IMG/VR virus record: IMGVR_UViG_3300045988_013455
Location: 1-43,601 of that record
Direction: 5' to 3' (one strand)
From: a virus
Taxonomy: Duplodnaviria > Heunggongvirae > Uroviricota > Caudoviricetes
DNA: 43,601 nt
The notes below the pieces were generated by a model. That model was not told the DNA's origin, did no database searches, and saw only the letters and a program-made list of their open reading frames with translations. This document shows, piece after piece, positions 1 to 9,464 of the stretch (positions within the stretch are counted from its first letter, which is position 1; every line of letters starts with the position of its first letter). The position numbers were made by a program, and so were the translations under genes.

Positions 1-55
1 AGTCAGTAAGGTATTTGGTTTTATCCTTAAGCCAATTGCTAAGCTGTTTGGGCTG
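1..55. repeat. Terminal direct repeat, identical to 43547..43601 (circular-assembly overlap / genome junction)
   Basis: Exact 55-nt identity between the window start and end; the reading frame is continuous across the junction. Confidence 0.9.
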
Positions 56-2326
56 AACATGTCAGCTAACGCCAACTATACGGCGACTAACAACCAGACA
101 ACATCACCAAATAACAGCCTCACGGACCGCTCAAACAAACCACGCCCTTACGAGCGCTCTTATGACATCTGCGGGACTGTGCAGACAATCCCTAATGACC
201 TTATGCAGACGTATAAGGCATTCAACTACACTGGTGCTTTGCTGGAGTATTCGTATTATGACGCGGGGCGCGGGCATCTGCATATTGAGGCTGACGGCGT
301 CACGGAAGGTGACACCCCGATAAGCGACATCACAGGTTCCTCTGTTGCCGTGTATGCACCATATACGTCTCCAAACAACACCACTTCACCTCAACTACAA
401 ATCGGCGACGTAATTGACCAGAAACTTTACGTAACATACTCCAACGACGACGTTGACGGTATTGTACTGAAAGCCCCCAACGACATCGGGGCTAACCCAA
501 GCGCAGACGGGAAAGTTCGCTATGACTCGTCAACTAAAATAGGCTACATATATGATAGCTCAGGAGATTCCGCCTTCACCGAGTTTCTTAACGTCGGGGA
601 CATCGCGGTCTTAACTGAATTTTGGGTTAAGGACGTTGCCGTTTTAGATGGGGAGTTTGAAGTGCTTTACGTTGATGATTTTGAGGTAAGAATAGCTACA
701 GGTGGTACTAACCAATGGCCTAACCTCGGAAGCACCACCTACAACCTGACAGAGCAATCAATCACGTTTATTGGGCCTAAAGACACTTATGAACCATCGC
801 TTTCAGACTGGTACTACATGGTGCGGGGAGAAGTTGACCGTGTGCTTGTTAACGTTGCAGGGCAAAACGGCCTCTACAAATACGACGGCGGATACAACCG
901 CACCAGCGTGACGGTGGAACTCCAGTACCAGATGATTGACTCTCAACGCAACCCTTTGAGCAACATTTACACGGTACGGGCCACAATTACTGGTAATAGT
1001 ACGGATTACGTCGGTACGTCTATCTACGGGCAGTTGCCTACCGCGTCTCGTTTCCGCGCCCGCATGCGCCGTATAACGAATTTCGATAAAGACTACGACG
1101 GCACAGTAAGCGACGAGGTAACCTTCATCAACCTGTACGGGCAATCACTCGACACCACCCCGCACTACGGTAACCGAACTACTGTACATTGTGCCCGTAA
1201 ACAGACGCCGCGGGCCGCAAGTATAGACAACCCGGAACTGCGCATGATTGCGACCGAGATGTGCTATAAATATTTAGGCAACGGCGTATTTGATACAGTA
1301 ATGACGCCTAATACGCAGGCGGTGCAGTCGCTAATCCGATTGGCTCGCGACCCTGCAGTGGGTAATCTGGTGTTGACAACGGCAAATATGGATAAGTTAC
1401 TCTCCGTGCAGGAAGAAATTGAGGCATATTTTGGCAGTGAATTAGCTGGGCAGTTCTGTTACACGTTCGACGACTACGACACAACCATGCAAGACATCGT
1501 CCAGACCATAGCGGAAGCCGTATTCTGTACTGCGTACCGCAAAGGTGCGGATATTATGCTGCGATTCGACCGTCCGGTTGCGGGGCCTGAAATGGTGTTC
1601 ACCCACCGCAGTAAGACGACCGGTACCGAGAAATGGACGCGCACGTTCAACGATTCGACAACCTACGATAGTCTGTCGTTCTCATACATCGACCCGGATA
1701 CTAACGTACAGGAAACGATTTATATCCCGGAAGAACTGGGTGCAAATACGGAGGAATACGAATCAAAGGGCGTGCGTAACTATCAGCAAGCGTACTGGCT
1801 GGCGTGGCGCCGCTATCAGCGCAACGCGTTAAGTAAAGTTGTCGTAGAGTTCGAAGCTACGGAAGAAGGGGTGCTCGCTACCCCCGGCGGCGTAATCAGC
1901 GTGGTTAAAGGCTCTCGCATCGCGCCTCAGGATGGCTATGTTGTTGCCGTTAACGGGCTTACATTAACCCTGTCGCAGCCTGTTACGTTTACCCCAGGCG
2001 ACGACCACTCCATCATCCTTAAGAAGCGCGACGGCTCTGTGCAGAGTATCTCTGTCATCAAAGGAAGCCACGACCGTGAGGTGATTATGCTATCTGCACC
2101 GGAGGAGGCAATCTACACGGGGAATAGCGCACTAAAAACTGAGTTTTCATTCGGCAACGAAGCAAGGCATAATGCTCAGAAGATAGTTGTTTCTTCAATC
2201 GACCCCGGCGACGACCGCACGGTCAAGATTACCGGCTACAACTATGACGACGGATTCTATAAATACGACGGCGTCGCGCTATACGGCAGCGGTTTCTCCG
2301 ACGGATTCAGCAATGGTTTTAATTAA
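1..2326 (+). CDS. Tail tip / central fibre protein, lambda gpJ-like (3' part; the ORF starts at about 43380-43386 and continues in frame across the junction, about 828 aa in total)
   Basis: Frame is open from position 2 upstream of the first ATG at 59. Central region (CYKYLGNG, FCYTFDD, IMLRFDRP, YDSLSFSYIDPD) aligns by eye with conserved blocks of lambda J. Confidence 0.7.
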   Translation, partial: VSKVFGFILKPIAKLFGLNMSANANYTATNNQTTSPNNSLTDRSNKPRPYERSYDICGTVQTIPNDLMQTYKAFNYTGALLEYSYYDAGRGHLHIEADGVTEGDTPISDITGSSVAVYAPYTSPNNTTSPQLQIGDVIDQKLYVTYSNDDVDGIVLKAPNDIGANPSADGKVRYDSSTKIGYIYDSSGDSAFTEFLNVGDIAVLTEFWVKDVAVLDGEFEVLYVDDFEVRIATGGTNQWPNLGSTTYNLTEQSITFIGPKDTYEPSLSDWYYMVRGEVDRVLVNVAGQNGLYKYDGGYNRTSVTVELQYQMIDSQRNPLSNIYTVRATITGNSTDYVGTSIYGQLPTASRFRARMRRITNFDKDYDGTVSDEVTFINLYGQSLDTTPHYGNRTTVHCARKQTPRAASIDNPELRMIATEMCYKYLGNGVFDTVMTPNTQAVQSLIRLARDPAVGNLVLTTANMDKLLSVQEEIEAYFGSELAGQFCYTFDDYDTTMQDIVQTIAEAVFCTAYRKGADIMLRFDRPVAGPEMVFTHRSKTTGTEKWTRTFNDSTTYDSLSFSYIDPDTNVQETIYIPEELGANTEEYESKGVRNYQQAYWLAWRRYQRNALSKVVVEFEATEEGVLATPGGVISVVKGSRIAPQDGYVVAVNGLTLTLSQPVTFTPGDDHSIILKKRDGSVQSISVIKGSHDREVIMLSAPEEAIYTGNSALKTEFSFGNEARHNAQKIVVSSIDPGDDRTVKITGYNYDDGFYKYDGVALYGSGFSDGFSNGFN

Positions 2327-2338
2327 AGAGGACTCTAT

Positions 2339-4219
2339 ATGTCAAGCGGATGCGGTGACGTTTTAAGCCTGGCGGATTTACAGACCGCCAAGAAACACCA
2401 GATTTTTGAAGCCGAGGTTATCACGGGTAAATCCGGTGGTGTTGCTGGTGGAGCGGATATTGATTACGCAACAAATCAGGTTACTGGGCAGACACAGAAG
2501 ACGCTCCCCGCCGTGTTGCGTGATGCTGGTTTTCGGCCTGCATCTTTTGATTTTACTACGGGCGGCACATTGGGAGTTAATGACCGGGATTTGTCGGTCC
2601 TGTGGCCAACTGCTGGCGGGGGCGACGGTAATTATTATGCCTGGAAAGGTGTTTTACCTAAAACCATACCGTCGTCGTCTACCCCATTATCGACTGGAGG
2701 AATCTCCGACTCTGCGTGGAAACCTGTTACTGATAACACATTGAGAGAAGACCTTGCGTCCGCATCCGGCGCCACCATTGTTGGATTTCAGCAGGCTCCC
2801 TTCATAAACCGCACTGTCGGAGATTTTTTAACCGATTTTCCCACTAATAAATATTTTGGGGCAAAATGCGATGGTATTACAGACGATACTGCCGCGAACC
2901 AAACGGCATTAGATTGGTCCTCAAGCGAAAAAAGAGATGTTTTTTTTGTGGGCAATAGTTGTGTATCCAGTCGGCTGGTACACAAATCTGGTACAAAAGT
3001 TCGGCATCTTGGCACAATAGTGCCAAAAAATTTTACAGACCAGATGGTTATTGAAGTTAAAGATGATGCCTGGCGCACGCCATACAACGACGGTATTACG
3101 GCTATAGAAACTGGTAATAGAATTATTATAGACGGACTGCATATAGAACCCTCCGCCGCTGTGTCGGCACAAGGAATATATGGGACAGACGGAGTTGGTG
3201 TTGTTATAAATAACGCACGAATCTTTAACATGTCCAATGGCGGCGTAGAAATAGAAAAAGGTTATGAGTGGAAATTCAATAATTTATCAGTCGTAGCCCC
3301 AGAGGATCAACTTTCAACGGCTGCCGTTTCTGGAGTTAAGCACAGAACTTTTGACAGTATGTACTTAAATACTACTGTCGTTGGCTACCAAACAGGCATG
3401 GAAGTAACTAATGACGCTAATGATATCGTTAACACGCACGTATGGGGGCTTACTGGTACTAGAACCACACGGACTATGGCCTTTGGGTTAAAACTGTCAG
3501 GGAGTTCTAATAATATTTATGGTTTTTATGCAGATTCTCCGCATAAAATAGACGCATTACAACCCGCATCTGCCACTAACGGCGGCGTTGGCTATTTAAT
3601 TACAGGGTTTAATAATAATCTTACCGGCCCAAGAATTCTGTTTCATCCTGACGATGGCACGCTATACGGAAAGGCGTTTCTTATTTCTGGAACAGAAAAT
3701 AGCATAATTCAGCCGATTACTACTTCTTTCAGTGGTTTTGAAGTAGGTGGTGATTTTGTGTTTAGCGGTTCTGCGACGCCAACTAACAATATCGTATCCG
3801 GCGGTAATATGCAGGGGGTATACACCGCACCCCAAAACGCCGGTTTCGTACCGACCTTAAATATCCCATGCACATACACATCGCAGATATATCGTCATGA
3901 GTTAACTCTGAGGAATGTAGAAGGACGAATGACCTTAGTAGCTAATATAACTAGCAATGTTGGCTCTACCGCTCTGGCCGTACAAATGCCGTCATATCTA
4001 TCCGGGTTTAAGGGTACGGGGTTTGGGGCTTCAGTTATCGGGATGATTCAGCCATCAGTGAGGAGCGATACCAACCTGCTAGCTGTAGAACCGTATATTA
4101 ATGATGGTAAGGTTTATTTCAGATTAATATTCCGTTCTGGCCCGTCACGAGACGTGTTATTTAATGATGTTATTACCGGTTTAATATCTATTGATATAAG
4201 TTTTAGTGCCCAGTTATAA
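2339..4219 (+). CDS. Tailspike / tail fibre with right-handed beta-helix (pectate-lyase-like) domain; possible polysaccharide depolymerase
   Basis: 626-aa ORF with motif FGAKCDGITDDTAANQTALDW typical of pectate-lyase-fold tailspikes; sits after the J-like gene; strong RBS AAAGAGGA. Confidence 0.65.
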   Translation: MSSGCGDVLSLADLQTAKKHQIFEAEVITGKSGGVAGGADIDYATNQVTGQTQKTLPAVLRDAGFRPASFDFTTGGTLGVNDRDLSVLWPTAGGGDGNYYAWKGVLPKTIPSSSTPLSTGGISDSAWKPVTDNTLREDLASASGATIVGFQQAPFINRTVGDFLTDFPTNKYFGAKCDGITDDTAANQTALDWSSSEKRDVFFVGNSCVSSRLVHKSGTKVRHLGTIVPKNFTDQMVIEVKDDAWRTPYNDGITAIETGNRIIIDGLHIEPSAAVSAQGIYGTDGVGVVINNARIFNMSNGGVEIEKGYEWKFNNLSVVAPEDQLSTAAVSGVKHRTFDSMYLNTTVVGYQTGMEVTNDANDIVNTHVWGLTGTRTTRTMAFGLKLSGSSNNIYGFYADSPHKIDALQPASATNGGVGYLITGFNNNLTGPRILFHPDDGTLYGKAFLISGTENSIIQPITTSFSGFEVGGDFVFSGSATPTNNIVSGGNMQGVYTAPQNAGFVPTLNIPCTYTSQIYRHELTLRNVEGRMTLVANITSNVGSTALAVQMPSYLSGFKGTGFGASVIGMIQPSVRSDTNLLAVEPYINDGKVYFRLIFRSGPSRDVLFNDVITGLISIDISFSAQL

Positions 4220-4223
4220 AACT

Positions 4224-4247
4224 AAGGCCCCAAACGGGGCCTTTTCT
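4224..4247. terminator. Bidirectional rho-independent terminator between convergent tailspike and replication operons
   Basis: GC hairpin AGGCCCC-aaac-GGGGCCT followed by TTTT; A-rich on the other side. Confidence 0.7.
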
Positions 4248-4451
4248 CTACTCTTCAGATAACTTCTCCAGTACAAACGCCAGTTGCGCGTTAGCGGCGT
4301 CTCTTTGTTGCCGCAGGCGTAGAACCTCCTCCTCAAGTTCCTTGATACGTTTTATTTCTCGCTTTAACTGCATGGCAAGAAGTTGCTCTCGGGCATTAAG
4401 AGCGTCTTTTATCAATTCGTCGCAAGCGTCGATATCGAACTCATTATTCAT
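4248..4451 (-). CDS. Hypothetical coiled-coil protein (67 aa)
   Basis: Last gene of the leftward operon; start overlaps the helicase stop (ATGA). Confidence 0.4.
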   Translation of the reverse strand: MNNEFDIDACDELIKDALNAREQLLAMQLKREIKRIKELEEEVLRLRQQRDAANAQLAFVLEKLSEE

Positions 4452-5872
4452 TTCTTACCTCGTCTCTTCATGTAATTAAGCAACTCTTCCTGTACAGATT
4501 TCTTCTCGTCAGTGCGCGCGGCAACAACCTCGTCCAGCGTGTCTTTAGCAACGATGTGATACAGGAACACCGGGCGCTCGTGGCCTGCTTGCTTCTGGCG
4601 CACCGGGCCTATACGCTCAACGACCTGCAAATAGTGCTCAAGGTTCCAGCCTTGCGAGATGAACGCCAGATGATGCCCGCCGTCCTGTAAATTCAAACCA
4701 TGACCGGCTGACGCAGGGTGGACGCATAAGATTTCGATTTCACCGCGGTTCCACGCTTCCATCTGCTTATTACCCTTCGCACCTTTAGAAAATGCCTGAG
4801 CCTGCGGGAATCGCTTAAGGATGCGCTCAAGTTCGTGCTTGAACTGATAGGCCACAAGCAACGGCGCACCCTGTAACTCCTCAACGATGGACTCAAGCGC
4901 ATCCAGTTTAGTGTCGTGCACTTTCTCCCAGTCTTTGGTTGCTTCTCCGTCTGGTCCTGATACATATACGGCGCCAGATGCAATCTGTAGACACTTCGAC
5001 GTCTTCGCCGCCGCGTTAGCCGCTTCAACTTCTCCGCTCTCCAGTTCCGCGAATAACTTCTCCTCCATATCGATGTACGCCTGGCGCGCTTTCTTCGGCA
5101 GGTCGATTTCAACAGGGACAATAATCGGCGCTTCACATCCGAACCACTCGGCGGCGTCAATCGTGAGACTAATGTCTTTCATCTTCTGGTGGATTTCATT
5201 ATCCGCACCCGGGCGCGCATGATACTCCCGCGCCATAGCCGACTTACCTTTCTGTACCGAGTTAAACCAGCGGTCGGTGAATGCCGTGTACGAAGAACCG
5301 AGGCGCTCGCCCGCGTCGATAAACCAGTTCTGCCCCCACAAGTCCTTGAGACCGTTTGGCGACGGTGTACCCGTCAGATTAATGAAACGCTTAACTTTAC
5401 CGAATGCCACCTTACTGAGCGCCTTAGCCCGCTTGCTCCCGCCAGAACGGCTGCGGAAGGATTTAAGCTTCGTGCTCTCGTCGGCAACAATAACCGTGAA
5501 AGGCCAGTCGTCTTTGCCGTAGTAGTCAATCAGCCACTCGATAACTTCGTAGTTGGTGCACACCACGTTAGCGTCAGACTCCAGCGCCGCGATGCGGCGC
5601 TTCTCTGAACCAGTAGCATCGACGACACTCAGACAAGGGAAGCTCCACTTAGTTTGTTCTGCAGGCCATGTGCCGGACGCAACACGTAACGGGGCAAGTA
5701 TTAACACGCGGTCGTCATCATTAAGTTGGCCGTTTCGGAACAGTCGGTTTAACACCCACATTGTCGACGAGGTCTTGCCGCCGCCCATACCGCACCAGAT
5801 ATTGCAACGTGGGTGCTGTAGCATAAACGACGTCATTATTTTCTGATATTCCCTGCGCCTAAACTTACTCAT
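4448..5872 (-). CDS. SF2 DNA helicase, SNF2-like
   Basis: Motifs GMGGGKT (Walker A), VIVADES (DExx-type), LTGTPSPNGLKDLWGQ (SNF2 motif III) and a C-terminal helicase domain. Confidence 0.8.
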   Translation of the reverse strand: MSKFRRREYQKIMTSFMLQHPRCNIWCGMGGGKTSSTMWVLNRLFRNGQLNDDDRVLILAPLRVASGTWPAEQTKWSFPCLSVVDATGSEKRRIAALESDANVVCTNYEVIEWLIDYYGKDDWPFTVIVADESTKLKSFRSRSGGSKRAKALSKVAFGKVKRFINLTGTPSPNGLKDLWGQNWFIDAGERLGSSYTAFTDRWFNSVQKGKSAMAREYHARPGADNEIHQKMKDISLTIDAAEWFGCEAPIIVPVEIDLPKKARQAYIDMEEKLFAELESGEVEAANAAAKTSKCLQIASGAVYVSGPDGEATKDWEKVHDTKLDALESIVEELQGAPLLVAYQFKHELERILKRFPQAQAFSKGAKGNKQMEAWNRGEIEILCVHPASAGHGLNLQDGGHHLAFISQGWNLEHYLQVVERIGPVRQKQAGHERPVFLYHIVAKDTLDEVVAARTDEKKSVQEELLNYMKRRGKK

Positions 5873-6366
5873 GCCTTGAACTCCCAGAAGTATATTTCCG
5901 CGGCTCTTTGGTATACGCGCGACGCTTCTTCTATAGTGTCAAAATAGCCAAGGTGGATGTATTTGTTATTGACGCCTATTCTGGCGCGCCACCTGCCAGA
6001 GGGTATTTGGTAAACCCCTATCGCGCCGCTAGTGTTATGTGATGAGCAGTCTCGGTTCTGAATCTGCTGGCTCCTGGTTGCTGGCCTTATATTATTTATG
6101 GCGTTATTAGCCCTGTTACGGTCTTTATGGTCAAGCTCACCATTATGATATTCTCCGTAGACGAAAGCCCATGCCAGATGGTGGGCTTTTATTCTTACAC
6201 CAGATACGGTGATAACTATGTATCCTTTGTCGTTTGGACCCCCGGCTACCTCCCCCGCATTCCTACCTTTTATGCTTACTTTCCGTGTAAATACGCCTGT
6301 TTCGGGGTCATAGTTAAGAAGACGTTTCGCCTCCTCAATATCAGGCCTTCTAGTTAATTTGTTCAT
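5869..6366 (-). CDS. HNH homing endonuclease with C-terminal AP2 DNA-binding domain
   Basis: HHLAWAFVYGEY...ELDHKDRNRANNAINNIRPA (HNH) plus GVYQIPSGRWRARI...LGYFDTIEEASRVYQRAA (AP2-like). Confidence 0.7.
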   Translation of the reverse strand: MNKLTRRPDIEEAKRLLNYDPETGVFTRKVSIKGRNAGEVAGGPNDKGYIVITVSGVRIKAHHLAWAFVYGEYHNGELDHKDRNRANNAINNIRPATRSQQIQNRDCSSHNTSGAIGVYQIPSGRWRARIGVNNKYIHLGYFDTIEEASRVYQRAAEIYFWEFKA

Positions 6367-6554
6367 TTCAACACCAGCACCAATTCTTTGCGCCCGAACG
6401 CCGTAACGTTACCAGTTACATCTTCGATAACCAGTTTACCGTTTGACTCGACGAACACCGTATCAACGGCAACAGGACGACGGGTCTTAACGTTGAAAAT
6501 CATGTCGCCAGGTACGATGTCACGTGCTGGTTTGCGGTCATATTCGTGTTTCAT
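6363..6554 (-). CDS. Hypothetical protein (63 aa)
   Basis: ORF in operon context with overlapping stop/start. Confidence 0.4.
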   Translation of the reverse strand: MKHEYDRKPARDIVPGDMIFNVKTRRPVAVDTVFVESNGKLVIEDVTGNVTAFGRKELVLVLK

Positions 6555-6565
6555 TTCTCAATTCC

Positions 6566-6868
6566 TTATATTGTTGGTGTATGACTACTATAATAGTCCG
6601 CTATTAGGTCGTCAACCTGTTTAAACGAACCAACGACAAAAACATTAGCACCACGTTTTCGGAATCTTTCATGTTCGCGTAGCTGGTGCGGGTCTGGCTT
6701 CGTGTTTTCGTCTTTCTTAACCTCGACGAACCATATTATGCCGTGGGGGAGAACCACTAACAGGTCCATTGCCGCGCGTCTGTTTTCATAAGACAGTTTA
6801 CGAACGAGGCCACCAATGGCCTCGAATCGGTCTTTTGCGTATTTCTGTATTTTGCCTTCCGGGGTCAT
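6566..6868 (-). CDS. VRR-NUC domain nuclease (PD-(D/E)XK fold)
   Basis: MDLLVVLPHGIIWFVEVKK ... HQLREHERFRKRGANVFVV resembles the VRR-NUC D...E-x-K core. Confidence 0.55.
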   Translation of the reverse strand: MTPEGKIQKYAKDRFEAIGGLVRKLSYENRRAAMDLLVVLPHGIIWFVEVKKDENTKPDPHQLREHERFRKRGANVFVVGSFKQVDDLIADYYSSHTPTI

Positions 6869-7011
6869 GACCGCAGCATCCAGGTAAGGAACGCCCCGCC
6901 TAGAAGGGCAACACCGACAAAATTAAAGAACAGACCATAACAGAACATCGCAGCTATTCCCGCGCCGAATAACAGTGCGAGCATGGTTACTATCGTCCAA
7001 AATACAAACAT
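6865..7011 (-). CDS. Small hydrophobic membrane protein (about 48 aa; not in ORF track, coordinates approximate)
   Basis: My own translation: MFVFWTIVTMLALLFGAGIAAMFCYGLFFNFVGVALLGGAFLTWMLRS; ATGA overlap with VRR-NUC start. Confidence 0.3.
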   Translation of the reverse strand: MFVFWTIVTMLALLFGAGIAAMFCYGLFFNFVGVALLGGAFLTWMLRS

Positions 7012-7099
7012 TGTCACAATACGCACCCCTCCCGTTTCGTATGCTCAATTCCACAGCGAGGACAGATTCGGCGGTCTTCTTCATAAAACCAGTAAATTT

Positions 7100-7231
7100 T
7101 CATTCCAGCACCCACAGATAAATTGCTACTAACATGCCAAATACCGCGGCCATCATGCCGTATTGACCCTCGTGACAGTAGACACCGGCGGCAAATCCCG
7201 CCAGTACCGCGATAATCAGTTTACTTAGCAT
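7100..7231 (-). CDS. Small hydrophobic membrane protein (about 43 aa; not in ORF track, coordinates approximate)
   Basis: My own translation: MLSKLIIAVLAGFAAGVYCHEGQYGMMAAVFGMLVAIYLWVLE; start overlaps the polymerase 3' end. Confidence 0.3.
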   Translation of the reverse strand: MLSKLIIAVLAGFAAGVYCHEGQYGMMAAVFGMLVAIYLWVLE

Positions 7232-9434
7232 AACGCTTCATCTCCGCACCTTCCGCTACAAGAGGGAACCCCTCCGCCCATTCCGGCAATTCGCACATCA
7301 ACCGCTCAAGCTCTGCTACATTGTATTCCGGTAAATCTGGTGTCTCGCAGATAATCTCATCGTGAACATGAAGTACAATCGGGTAGCCGTTTGCTTCGAC
7401 GTTCAGCAGCGCGTTGGCCAGCAAATCACGGCACAACGCCTGAGTGCAGTTTTCCACCAGTTTACCAGAGTAGGTGTACTGGAGGCCCCACTGACGGGTT
7501 AACTGGTTTTCGCCCTGGTACTTGATGCGCACGTTAGTAGACACCTTTCCGTCTTCGTCGGTCTCTTTCGACACGCTCAATCCGACGCCTGGGTAAGACA
7601 TAACTCGACCAGACGGCAACGTCATCCGCAACCACCAACCGGCGACTTTGTTGCCGTTGTTATCTGTCTCTACGTTACGCGAAAACTTAACGCCTCGCGG
7701 CCCTGCGGTGAACTCTTTGCCTGGGTTGCGGATAGCTGCCATAGCCGCGTCTTCAATATCTCGCCAGAAAGCTACTGTTTCAGGGTGAGACTCCCGCCAC
7801 ATGCGCTTGATTGCATCACAGGTACGCCACACTTTTTTATCAAGAATATATGATGGTCGGTCATCCTTTTCACCCGGCCGCGGGGGTCGCTTGGCTTCCT
7901 GAATACGCGCCCACTCATATCCACGTGCGGTAGAAGCCCATATGTGGTCGGGGAATGTCCCGTCCATTGTTTTAGCCATATCAACAAGGTCGAGGCCGAG
8001 GTTCTTAGCAAACTGAACGAAAGCACCAACACCTCCTGCGTAGCCGAGGCCCAGTTCGCAGGCTTTACCAATCTGGCGTAAGTCTTTACGTTCCTTCTTA
8101 ATGTAATCCGGCTCCATGCCGAACATCTTACCTGCGGTTACGCAGTAAATATCCAGTCCAGCGCGGAACGTATCGAGCGCGGTTTCTTCACCAGCCAGCC
8201 ACGCAAGCCCCCGGCCTTCAACGTTCGAGTAATCGGCAACGACAAACTTATGCCCTGCTTCCGGTATGATGCAGCTACGAACCGTCGATGCCGTTAGCTT
8301 GGCTACATCGAAACGGCGGTGCGCGCGGCCCTTAAGTAACGCTGAAATACCTTTATCCAGTTCACCATCATGGTAGTACCCGCGCGCCAGGTTCTGTGGC
8401 TGGAACCCTTTACCCGCAAATCGCAATGTACGCTTGGCTCCACCGTACTGGATGCAACCGCGACGGCGGTCGTCCGACGAGCGTCCTAACAGCAGCGGGT
8501 TATATTTCGTTGACGCGGTAGACGCTGCCCCGAGTCGCATTTCGATAATCGTGCGTGCGTCGCCCGGTAAATCATCGTCTGCCAATAGGTCATTCAGCGT
8601 CGATTTCTGTGCGTTGTGGATACGGTGCGCAGGGGCCAGTTCACGCAGAATTGGAAGAAAGTCCTTTCCAGTAAGCGAGCCGCCGTATTTGCGCTGTGCT
8701 TCTTCCTGTAACTGTGCCTTGTGCTTCTCTACGGCTTCAATCGCGGCTTCCGCCAGCGCGACATCAACCTTAAACCCGCGGTCATTGATTAACTGGTCCA
8801 GCTCCAGTACACGGTCTTCGAACTCGGAGTTACCCCAACGCGGCAGCTTATGGAAGACTTCACGCATAGCAGTAATGTCGCTCACAGCGTACTTGATGAA
8901 CAGCGCCCACTCGTCAGGGTGAGTTTCTGCGGTGTAGCGGCGGATTTTGTAGTTCTTCGGCGTCGGTTTAGAGAAACGCTGAATCAGCGCCTTGCCGCGT
9001 TTATCTTTCGCGTTGTCAGCGGATACACCCAGCACTTCGCACAACGCATCGAGCGACCCTGGCAGCGCGTGACGGAACGCCCAAATCATCGTATCAATGG
9101 TGTTGTTTACCGGAATATCAAAGCCCCAGCAGTGCTTCATGATGAGGCGGTCGAACATTGAGCCATTGTGCCACACCATCTTAATGCGGCTGTTCGGCTT
9201 AACCAGACGACGCAGTGCGCGGTGTAAATCCCCCGGCATGTCGCTGCCGTCAGTGCAATCCCATACCTGTACAGGCTCGTCGTCAAAAGCATAGGTACAG
9301 ATAAGCACTTCGGTAGTTGGGTGTTCGGCGTAAGCGTAGGAACCGACTTTCTTTAAATCGATGCCGCTGTAGGTTTCAAAGTCTAGATAGAGTAATTCTG
9401 GCATGGTATTTTGACCCTTAATAAAAAGGCCCAA
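7221..9434 (-). CDS. DNA polymerase, family A, with N-terminal 3'-5' exonuclease domain
   Basis: LYLDFETYSG (Exo I), ADYSNVEGRGLAWLAGE (motif A-like), RQIGKACELGLGYAGG (motif B-like), VLHVHDEIICE (motif C). Confidence 0.9.
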   Translation of the reverse strand: MGLFIKGQNTMPELLYLDFETYSGIDLKKVGSYAYAEHPTTEVLICTYAFDDEPVQVWDCTDGSDMPGDLHRALRRLVKPNSRIKMVWHNGSMFDRLIMKHCWGFDIPVNNTIDTMIWAFRHALPGSLDALCEVLGVSADNAKDKRGKALIQRFSKPTPKNYKIRRYTAETHPDEWALFIKYAVSDITAMREVFHKLPRWGNSEFEDRVLELDQLINDRGFKVDVALAEAAIEAVEKHKAQLQEEAQRKYGGSLTGKDFLPILRELAPAHRIHNAQKSTLNDLLADDDLPGDARTIIEMRLGAASTASTKYNPLLLGRSSDDRRRGCIQYGGAKRTLRFAGKGFQPQNLARGYYHDGELDKGISALLKGRAHRRFDVAKLTASTVRSCIIPEAGHKFVVADYSNVEGRGLAWLAGEETALDTFRAGLDIYCVTAGKMFGMEPDYIKKERKDLRQIGKACELGLGYAGGVGAFVQFAKNLGLDLVDMAKTMDGTFPDHIWASTARGYEWARIQEAKRPPRPGEKDDRPSYILDKKVWRTCDAIKRMWRESHPETVAFWRDIEDAAMAAIRNPGKEFTAGPRGVKFSRNVETDNNGNKVAGWWLRMTLPSGRVMSYPGVGLSVSKETDEDGKVSTNVRIKYQGENQLTRQWGLQYTYSGKLVENCTQALCRDLLANALLNVEANGYPIVLHVHDEIICETPDLPEYNVAELERLMCELPEWAEGFPLVAEGAEMKRYAK

Positions 9435-9445
9435 TGAAGGGCCTT
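9421..9445 (-). terminator. Intra-operon rho-independent terminator/attenuator between SSB and DNA polymerase genes
   Basis: Minus strand reads AAGGCCC-ttcatt-GGGCCTT followed by TTTTTAT. Confidence 0.5.
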
Positions 9446-9464
9446 AGTTAAATTGATTCAGATA

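Noticed and set aside
803-1144. Track ORFs lying antisense or out of frame inside large genes (for example 803..1144, 2788..3237, 4693..5160, 8434..8922, 10445..11047, 13550..14263, 30831..31367, 34919..35569, 39405..40088, 41638..42318)
   Set aside because: They are embedded in strongly supported long genes, lack RBS and operon context, and are typical shadow ORFs of GC-balanced sequence.
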